Below, in pieces: positions 6,969-13,462 of a stretch of DNA of 13,462 nt. The DNA is taken from the NCBI GenBank assembly GCA_043819795.1, contig JBDREN010000059.1, forward strand, positions 1 to 13,462. The letters run 5' to 3'. The stretch comes from Elusimicrobiota bacterium. Its GTDB lineage: Bacteria > Elusimicrobiota > Elusimicrobia > UBA1565. A model generated the notes under the pieces. It did not search any database. It was given only the letters and a program-made list of their open reading frames with translations, and had not been told where the DNA came from. The position numbers and the translations under genes were made by a program. The first letter of the stretch is position 1. The number at the start of each line of letters is the position of its first letter.

Positions 6969-6970
6969 CG

Positions 6971-8830
6971 ATGCCCAAGCGGCCGCACCGAACGCAAGGC
7001 GGGCGCGGGACGAGTCCGCGGGACACGGACCGGCCGGGCTTCGATCTGACGCAGGCCGGGCTGGCCGCGTCTTTGGTGGGCGGCATGCTGCTGTTCACGA
7101 GCTACGTCGCCCATCCCTACACCCTGCCCAGGTTCTTCGGCGTGGCCCTGGGCGCGTTCATCGCCTGGATCGGGTTGCTCGTCGCCGCGAGACGCGGGAA
7201 TCCGGTCCTGCGGAGGACGCCCCTGGACCTGCCCCTGGCCGCTTTCGTCGCCGTCGCCGTCTTATCCACGTTGTTCTCGGCGGACAAGCTGGTCGCCATC
7301 GTCGGGGATTACGACAACTTCCTCGGCCTGGCGTCCTTGCTGCTCTGCGTCGCGCTCTACTGCGCCGCGGCGCAGAGCCGGGCGGCCGAGGCTCCGGACC
7401 GCCTCCTGCGCATCGCCTTGGCGGGGGGCGCGCTCCTGGGCCTCTACGGCCTGCTCCAGCGCCTGGGTGTCGAGCCGTCGGCCGGCGCTCCCAAGGCCCT
7501 GCCGCTGGGCCGCGTCTTCTCGTCCAGCGGCACGCCAGTGTTCCTGGGCGCGAGCCTTCTGATGCTCTGCCCGTTGGTGGCGCGCTTCGCCCTCTCCAAT
7601 GAGCGCGCGGACCGGCTGACGGCGGCGGCCGCGGGGCTTCCCATCATAGCGGCGCTCATCCTCACGCTCTCGCGCGGCGCGTATCTCGGCGCTCTGACCG
7701 GCTGCGTCGTCTACGCGCTTCTTTCCGGAAAGGTCCCGGTCCGAAGGATGGGCGTCCGGGCATGGACGGCGGGGGCGCTCGTGTTTTTGTGCTTGGTCGC
7801 GGCGTCCGCGCTCTTCATCGGCCGGATGAGGCCGCACGCCCAGGCCGACTCAGGACGCGTGCAGAGCTGGCTCCTGGGCGTCAAGGTCTACCGCGCGCAT
7901 CCTCTGCTCGGCTCCGGGCCGGACACCATGAAGGCGGCCTGTCTCAAGCACCGCACGGAACGCATGGTGGGCTTGTGGGGGCCCGGGCACAGCCCGGGTC
8001 ACGCGCACAACGACGCCGTACAGGTGGCGGCCACGCTGGGGACTCTCGGGCTTGGCGCCTATCTGTGGGTGCTGTGGGCCTTGATCCTGTCCATCAAGGC
8101 GTCCTTGGCCGAGGACGCGAGGACCGAGACCGTGGCCGCGCTGGCGGGAAGCCTGGCCGGGCTTTTCGTGCAAGCCAAGTTCAACCCCTCCCCGCTCTCG
8201 TGCCTGGCCATGGCGTCGGTCTTCGCCGGACTGTGCGTGCCCTTGCGCCGCGGGGAGCGGCCCCACGGGGGGCCGCCCGCGCGTCCGGCGGCTTGGACCG
8301 GCGTGCTGGTCTGCGGCGTCGTGCTGCTCGCGGCGTCACGGTTCCTCCTGGCCGGATACAACGAAAGGACCGCCACGCGCGCCTCCTCGGCCCGGAACCC
8401 GGAGAAGGCCGTCACGCTCTTCGGAAAGGCCTTGCGGCTCGACCCGTGGCAGATGAGCTATAAGGAAGACTACGTCCGCTTCCTGGTCGAGTGGGCGCCC
8501 CGGGCCGGGTCCGCGGTGCAAAGGCGCCAGATGATGGAGGAGGCGGCCGAGCGCGGGCGCGAGGCGATGGCATGGCATCCGTCCGACGCCCGAGGGTATC
8601 ACATGTACGGACTGGCGTTGCTGCTGCTGAAGAGCCACGGCGAGCCGGACCGTCTCGAGGAGGCCGACCGGGCGCTGGACCAGGGGCAGTCCCTGAACCC
8701 ATACGGCCTTTCGCTCATGGAGCTCCGGATGGGCGTGGCCCGGGCCCGCGGGGACCGGACGAAAGCCGATTCCCTGGCCCGCGAGATCCGGCGGGTGCGG
8801 GCGCTCTCCGGCGCGGGCGACGGCGGGTGA
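6971..8830 (+). CDS. O-antigen ligase / O-oligosaccharyltransferase family (Wzy_C) membrane protein with C-terminal TPR-like helices (619 aa)
   Basis: Many hydrophobic helices. Motifs RVFSSSGTPVFLG, LTLSRGAYLG (7661-7690), SGRVQSW...HPLLGSGP and HAHNDAVQ..ATLGTLGL (HAHN at 8000-8011). TPR-like tail KALRLDPW, AMAWHPSD, GQSLNPY. ATG 6971 lies 2 nt after the barrel stop; the called extension to 6143 overlaps the barrel gene. Confidence 0.88.
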   Translation: MPKRPHRTQGGRGTSPRDTDRPGFDLTQAGLAASLVGGMLLFTSYVAHPYTLPRFFGVALGAFIAWIGLLVAARRGNPVLRRTPLDLPLAAFVAVAVLSTLFSADKLVAIVGDYDNFLGLASLLLCVALYCAAAQSRAAEAPDRLLRIALAGGALLGLYGLLQRLGVEPSAGAPKALPLGRVFSSSGTPVFLGASLLMLCPLVARFALSNERADRLTAAAAGLPIIAALILTLSRGAYLGALTGCVVYALLSGKVPVRRMGVRAWTAGALVFLCLVAASALFIGRMRPHAQADSGRVQSWLLGVKVYRAHPLLGSGPDTMKAACLKHRTERMVGLWGPGHSPGHAHNDAVQVAATLGTLGLGAYLWVLWALILSIKASLAEDARTETVAALAGSLAGLFVQAKFNPSPLSCLAMASVFAGLCVPLRRGERPHGGPPARPAAWTGVLVCGVVLLAASRFLLAGYNERTATRASSARNPEKAVTLFGKALRLDPWQMSYKEDYVRFLVEWAPRAGSAVQRRQMMEEAAERGREAMAWHPSDARGYHMYGLALLLLKSHGEPDRLEEADRALDQGQSLNPYGLSLMELRMGVARARGDRTKADSLAREIRRVRALSGAGDGG

Positions 8831-8874
8831 ACGGCGCCGAGGCGGGTCCCCTCGTGGACCGGAGGCGAGCCGCG

Positions 8875-11400
8875 TCAGGGAAGGCTTCGCTCGATGTCCT
8901 TCACCCGGCGACGGATCTGGACCAGGGTGTCCCGATGGGCCGGATCCTTCTCGGCCAACGCCAGGTATTTCCGCCAATACGTGAGCGCCTGCGCCGGATC
9001 CTTGGGCTCATGGAGCAGCGCCAGGTTCTTCCAGAGGTCGATCGACGAGGGTTCATTCACGACGGACCGCTTCCACGCCTCGATCGTCTTGCCTAGCTCC
9101 TTCTTCCGGTAGTAGACCTCCCCCAGATAACGATACGCTCGCGCCTTCTCCTGTCGTCCTCCGAGGGAGGCGGCGCGCTCGAGCAGGGGGATCGCCGCGT
9201 CGTAGCGTTTCTCCCGGATGCGCCGCAGCCCCGCGGCGAGGGCCTTCCGGCCGCCCCCACCTTCATCCTCCATCAGCCCGGCCAGCCGGGCGTTGGCCTG
9301 CTCGCGCAGGGATCCGGATTTGGCCGCTTCCGTGAACGCCCGGATCGCGGCGCTCCGGTCGCCGACCTTCACGTGCGCGATCCCCGCGTAGAAATGGTAT
9401 TCCCCCCGCCCGGGATCGTGCCGTATCGCGGCCGCGAAGTGTCGAAGCGCCGGTCCGTACTGCCCGCGGTCGTAGAACGGCATCGCCGCGTCGAACTGCG
9501 CTCCGGCGGGGTTGTATCTTTCGCGCAGCTGCCCGGCGAGCCGGAAGGCCTCGATCGCCTCTTCTCGGCGTCCCAGGGCCTCCAGGATCACGGCCAGATT
9601 GTAGCGGGCTTGCTCGTCGGTCGGGCGCAGCTCCACGGCCCGGCGGACATGGGCAAGCGCCTCGGGATACTCCTCCCGCTTGGCCAGCGCGTTCCCCAGG
9701 CTGTGCCGCGGGCGCAACGAGTCGGGCGATACGGACGAGGCCTCGCGCAGCGGCGAGACGGACTCCGCGAACTTTTGTCGCCGGGCGAGCTCGTCGGCCC
9801 GGTCGAGGAGCTCGCGGGCGCGGGGCGAGAGGGCGTGTTCCCGGACGGCGGGCGCCGGGACATCGATCGGAGCGGCCCGCACGGCGGCGGAAGCCCTGAG
9901 GCTCTTGAGCCAATGTCCGATCGCTTCGCCCCGTCGCCCGACGTCGTTGAGGGCGGAGGCCAGGTTCCGGTGAGCCGCCCTGTCATCCGGATCGAGCTCC
10001 AGCGCCTTCCGGTAGCTCCTCATCGCCAGGTCCATGCGGCCTTGCCTGTGATAGGCGGCCCCGAGGCTGTTGTGGGACGCGGCTTGGTCCGGCTTGAGGC
10101 CGATGGACCTCTGGATGCGCTCGACGGCCTCGTCCAGCCTTCCCTGGGAGGCGCGCAGGTTGCCAAGGTTGTTGTGGGCGATCCACGCGCCGGGGTTCTT
10201 GGAGAGGACGTCGTTCCAGAGCGTATCGAGATCCCGGTAGGTCCCGGCCTGCTTCCACGTGAGCGGGGCCAACAGCAGCAGCAGGCAGGCGGCCATGGAT
10301 GCGCGCGTCCGCCCGGACAGCTTCCCGGCGGAAGCGGCCGCCAGCCCGACAGCCAAGGGCAACAGTCCCAGGCTGGGGAGGTACTGGAAATGGTCCGCGA
10401 CGTAGGAGTAGCGCATGAAGTAGAAATCGAAGAAGCCGAGGACCGGAAACAGGTTGACGACGAATACGCCCAGGCCGCACATCACGGAGCGGCGCCAGGG
10501 CGCGCGCGTGCGCCAGAGCAGGACCGCGGCCGCGGCCGCGGCGGCCACGGGCGCGTACGATATCACGGCTCCCGGGTCGATCTCCCATCGCGGGTAGATG
10601 AACGTCAAACGAAGGGGGCACAGCAGCTTGCCCAGGTAGAACCAGACCACCCGCCCCGCGAGAGCGAGCCGCTCGAAGAAGCCGGCGGACCATTCGGACC
10701 CGGCGGCCCCCATCCTGCGCTCGTAGAGGATCGTGACAGCGGCCATCACGGCGGACAGCAGGAAGAACGGAGCCAGGCGGAGCACGTCGGGGCGGGCCCA
10801 GCTCTTGCGCTGCCACCAGCGCACGAGCACGAGCGTGGCGGGGAGCATGAGGGTGGCCGTCTTGCTGAGCAAAGCCGCCAGGAAGAAAGCGATCGCCGCG
10901 AAGTAGAAAGGGAGACCGTCTTCACGCTCGCTCCGCTGGTAGCAGGCGAAGGCCGAGAGGTAGAAGGCCCCGGAAAGCACGTTCTTCAGCTCCGTGACCC
11001 AGGCGACCGATTCGACATGCACGGGATGTAGAGCGAAGACGGCCGCGGCGATCCAGGAGCCGGGGACGCGCATGCGACTGAGGATCCATCCGAGAAGGAA
11101 CGCGTTCAGCAGGTGCAGGGCCACGTTGACCGCGTGGTATCCGAAGGGATTCAGGCCCCACAGCTGTCGCTGCAGCCAGAAGCACGTGAAGGTCAGGGGA
11201 TAGTACTGCATGGTCTCCGGCCTGACCCATATCCGCGACAGGGCGTCGGGCGCGGTCATGACGGGAGATGAGACGAACTGCTCGGCGTCGTCCCACACGA
11301 AGCCGCCTTCAAGGGCCGGGCCATAGGCGACGGCGGTCGCAACGATGAGCAGCCCCGCGCACAAGGCGGCGGTCAACGACGCTCTTATACATGATCCCAT
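8875..11400 (-). CDS. TMTC-like GT-C glycosyltransferase (protein O-mannosyltransferase TMTC-type) with long TPR array (841 aa)
   Basis: First TM helix is followed by GFVWDD (DD at 11287-11292). Further motifs: YYPLT, PFGYHAVNVALH, FALHPVHVESVAWV, LLSK, ADHFQYLPSLG, YRDLDTLW. Many TPRs follow from about 10200 (AHNNLG, SHNSLG, AHRNLA, ARYNLA, AYRYLG). ATG 11400 has GGAG 7 nt upstream and lies 1 nt after the previous stop. Confidence 0.88.
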   Translation of the reverse strand: MGSCIRASLTAALCAGLLIVATAVAYGPALEGGFVWDDAEQFVSSPVMTAPDALSRIWVRPETMQYYPLTFTCFWLQRQLWGLNPFGYHAVNVALHLLNAFLLGWILSRMRVPGSWIAAAVFALHPVHVESVAWVTELKNVLSGAFYLSAFACYQRSEREDGLPFYFAAIAFFLAALLSKTATLMLPATLVLVRWWQRKSWARPDVLRLAPFFLLSAVMAAVTILYERRMGAAGSEWSAGFFERLALAGRVVWFYLGKLLCPLRLTFIYPRWEIDPGAVISYAPVAAAAAAAVLLWRTRAPWRRSVMCGLGVFVVNLFPVLGFFDFYFMRYSYVADHFQYLPSLGLLPLAVGLAAASAGKLSGRTRASMAACLLLLLAPLTWKQAGTYRDLDTLWNDVLSKNPGAWIAHNNLGNLRASQGRLDEAVERIQRSIGLKPDQAASHNSLGAAYHRQGRMDLAMRSYRKALELDPDDRAAHRNLASALNDVGRRGEAIGHWLKSLRASAAVRAAPIDVPAPAVREHALSPRARELLDRADELARRQKFAESVSPLREASSVSPDSLRPRHSLGNALAKREEYPEALAHVRRAVELRPTDEQARYNLAVILEALGRREEAIEAFRLAGQLRERYNPAGAQFDAAMPFYDRGQYGPALRHFAAAIRHDPGRGEYHFYAGIAHVKVGDRSAAIRAFTEAAKSGSLREQANARLAGLMEDEGGGGRKALAAGLRRIREKRYDAAIPLLERAASLGGRQEKARAYRYLGEVYYRKKELGKTIEAWKRSVVNEPSSIDLWKNLALLHEPKDPAQALTYWRKYLALAEKDPAHRDTLVQIRRRVKDIERSLP

Positions 11401-11401
11401 C

Positions 11402-13462
11402 TCAGCGCTCCATGCGTTTTTCGTAGGCCGCGAACAGGTCGTCGACCGGATGCGGCTTGCCCGCCTCCTCCTCGTCGAGCACCCGATAGACGACCACCCG
11501 GAAGTCCTGTCCGGCTCCATCCTCGGATACCTTCAGGGCATGCCTCCTCCAGAACTCGTCGAGGCTTCGCTTCCCCCTGCCGGTGAAGCGGAAGGAGGTC
11601 CGGTTGCGGCGGATCTCGGCGTGGTTGACGACGATGTAGGTCACGCCGTGCCGCGCGAAGCGTTCCCGGAGTTCCTCTCCGTCGCGGCTGGCGTTGGCCC
11701 AGACCTCCAGAACGGAGGCTTGGTCGGGAGAGGAGGCGAGGTGGTCGAGACGGAGCGGAAACCGGCGGCTGTCGCCGAAGATAAGGACCTTCGCGTCCGC
11801 GGGGGCGTTCGCGTGGAGGTAGGCGAAGCCCGAGTGGGGAGGCGTGGGGTAGTCGGAAGCGTGATTGGTGTGGCTGAGATAGTCCCAGGAGGGCCGTCCG
11901 CCCAGGAATACGTCGAGGTTCCGCCAGCCGGGCACGCGCATGGCCCACACCGCGGTCCCGATCAGGAGCAGCGACGCGCACGCCAGAGCGGTCAGCGCCC
12001 GCCCGCCGCGGCCGCGGGAAAGCCGCACAAGCGCCATGGCAACCAGGAGGCTCCAAGGAGCCAGGCAGGGGATGAAGAAGCGCGTGATCGAGCTCACCGC
12101 GCCGAGGGGGATCCAGCTGACCAGGATCAGGACGCCGAGGAAGCGCGCGCTGAACGGCAGCCGCGCCAGGAAGACCAGCGGCAGAAGCCCGATGTACAGC
12201 GGCCCGATCGAACCTCCGAACTCCCAGGCGTGGCGGGAGAAGACCCAGGGGTGCAGAAGAAAGCGCCTGAGCCCTTGCGCCGTCGAGAAGGTCCGGCGCA
12301 GGTCGAGCCCGCCCTCGCTGATGTGCCGCCAGTCGGGCTGGAAGAACGCTTCCGGGACGAAGCGTTCATGGAAGAACGGATAGACGGGGTTCCCGTAGAA
12401 GGCCAGGTTCTTGGCGATCCACGGCGCCAGCCAGAGCAGGCCGACGGCGGCTAGAAGACCCGCCTCCCGCGCGGAGAACGGCCGCGGGCCCCGTGTCGCC
12501 CCCGAGCGGGCGCGGCTCAGATAGACCATCGCCGCCAGAAGCGCCGCGGGCAGGATCCAGGCGGGATATTTCGTGGCCATGGCCAGGCCGAGGAATGACC
12601 CGCACGCCATCGTCCAGCCTATTCTCTCCCGGGAATCCGCGGCCGCGCTCGCGGCCGCGAGGCACAGGAAGCATAGCAGCTGGAACAGGGCCCACTCCAA
12701 TCCCACCGACGTCCGGTAGCTCTCGGCGGTGACGACCGGCGTCAGGGCGAAGATCGCGCAGGCGACGGGCCCCGCTCGCCGGACTCCCAATCGTCCGGCG
12801 AATCCCATCAGAGCGGCCGCCGCCCAAAGGACCATGGAGTTGTGAAGGAGCTGAGCCACGATGCCCGAGCGGTCCAAGGAAAGGGCGAGTCCATAGAGCA
12901 TCCCCGGCACCGACGGGATGCCGGAGTAGGAATGCTCGGGCGTCGGCACGATCGCGTGCCGGATCAGATAGAGGTTCGGGAGTCCGAGATGATAATTGAG
13001 GGCGTCGTAGAATGTCTCCGGGATCATCGAATAGGGAAGGTGGTAAAGCCAGCCGACCCAGAAGAGCGCGATCGCCACCGCCGCCAAAAGGGACGCGGGC
13101 ATGAGCGAGATCCGGCGGACGCCGCCCACCGTCCGCTTGCGGAAGGCGGCGGCTTCGATGAGAGCCGGGACGGTCGCGAGGACGAGCAGCGCGACCAGGA
13201 CCGGGGCGTACCATAGCCGGGCCAGGCCCAACAGGAGCAGGCCGGTGCCCCAAGCTCCGTAGCCCAGGCCGAAGCTGAGCGCGGACTCCTCCCAGCCGTT
13301 GTGCGGACGTATTGAGAGCCGGCGCGACAGCATGCGGCCGGTCCCGGCGAGGACGAGGCAGATCCAGATACAGGCGGCGATACGCAGCAGATGCATTCCG
13401 ATGACGGAAGGCGCGACTCGCAAGGCGGCCGGGACCGGGGGGTGGAGGAAGTTGAGCCAACG
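11402..13462 (-). CDS. GT-C superfamily (ArnT/PMT-like) multi-pass membrane glycosyltransferase, probably 5'-truncated
   Basis: Motifs PETFYDALNYHLGLP (YDALNYH at 12989-13009), MATKYPA, PWIAKNLAFYGNPVYP and RFFIP, plus a soluble C-terminal domain (YLHANAPADAKVL...HGVTYIVVN). The frame is open to the window edge (RWLNFLHPPVPAALRV...), so the true start may be outside; ATG 13396 is the in-window alternative. Confidence 0.78.
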   Translation of the reverse strand, partial: RWLNFLHPPVPAALRVAPSVIGMHLLRIAACIWICLVLAGTGRMLSRRLSIRPHNGWEESALSFGLGYGAWGTGLLLLGLARLWYAPVLVALLVLATVPALIEAAAFRKRTVGGVRRISLMPASLLAAVAIALFWVGWLYHLPYSMIPETFYDALNYHLGLPNLYLIRHAIVPTPEHSYSGIPSVPGMLYGLALSLDRSGIVAQLLHNSMVLWAAAALMGFAGRLGVRRAGPVACAIFALTPVVTAESYRTSVGLEWALFQLLCFLCLAAASAAADSRERIGWTMACGSFLGLAMATKYPAWILPAALLAAMVYLSRARSGATRGPRPFSAREAGLLAAVGLLWLAPWIAKNLAFYGNPVYPFFHERFVPEAFFQPDWRHISEGGLDLRRTFSTAQGLRRFLLHPWVFSRHAWEFGGSIGPLYIGLLPLVFLARLPFSARFLGVLILVSWIPLGAVSSITRFFIPCLAPWSLLVAMALVRLSRGRGGRALTALACASLLLIGTAVWAMRVPGWRNLDVFLGGRPSWDYLSHTNHASDYPTPPHSGFAYLHANAPADAKVLIFGDSRRFPLRLDHLASSPDQASVLEVWANASRDGEELRERFARHGVTYIVVNHAEIRRNRTSFRFTGRGKRSLDEFWRRHALKVSEDGAGQDFRVVVYRVLDEEEAGKPHPVDDLFAAYEKRMER

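Noticed and set aside
6143..6970. 276-codon N-terminal extension of the ligase ORF overlapping the barrel gene
   Set aside because: Arg/Pro/Gly-rich shadow translation of a high-GC gene. An ATG at 6971 directly follows the barrel stop, and no frameshift signal was seen.
8831..8874. Possible bidirectional terminator between convergent genes (GGTCC-N6-GGACC)
   Set aside because: Only a 5-bp core stem in GC-rich sequence, with no U-tract on either strand.
11401..11520. 40-codon N-terminal extension of the TMTC-like ORF
   Set aside because: It overlaps the upstream gene's 3' end. ATG 11400 has a GGAG site and directly precedes the first TM helix.
9373..12454. Plus-strand ORFs 9373..11031 and 11345..12454
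   Set aside because: Antisense to well-supported GT-C genes, with no motifs of their own.

Overview
This is a high-GC bacterial cell-surface and glycosylation locus with seven supportable CDSs and no mobile-element, rRNA, tRNA or CRISPR signal. In order it holds: (1) the 3' part of a large Gly-rich/FN3-repeat protein (+, runs off the left edge); (2) a convergent exported cupin gene (-) with a sigma70-type promoter that predicts a leaderless mRNA; (3) a ~245 bp intergenic region with an unexplained 138-nt long-stem inverted repeat; (4) a tightly spaced + operon encoding an NHL-propeller/FN3/Ig protein, a PorV/UPF0164-like beta-barrel and an O-antigen-ligase (Wzy_C)+TPR protein; (5) a convergent - operon with a TMTC-like GT-C+TPR glycosyltransferase and a second GT-C enzyme (runs off the right edge). 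The NHL protein carries an HFS autoproteolysis-like motif directly before a T9SS-type C-terminal sorting domain. The architecture is reminiscent of Elusimicrobiota, but that is inference only. The most interesting hypothesis is a T9SS-like cargo/dedicated-barrel module in which the cargo processes itself and is glycosylated by neighbouring GT-C enzymes. All domain calls come from reading motifs by eye, not from database searches.
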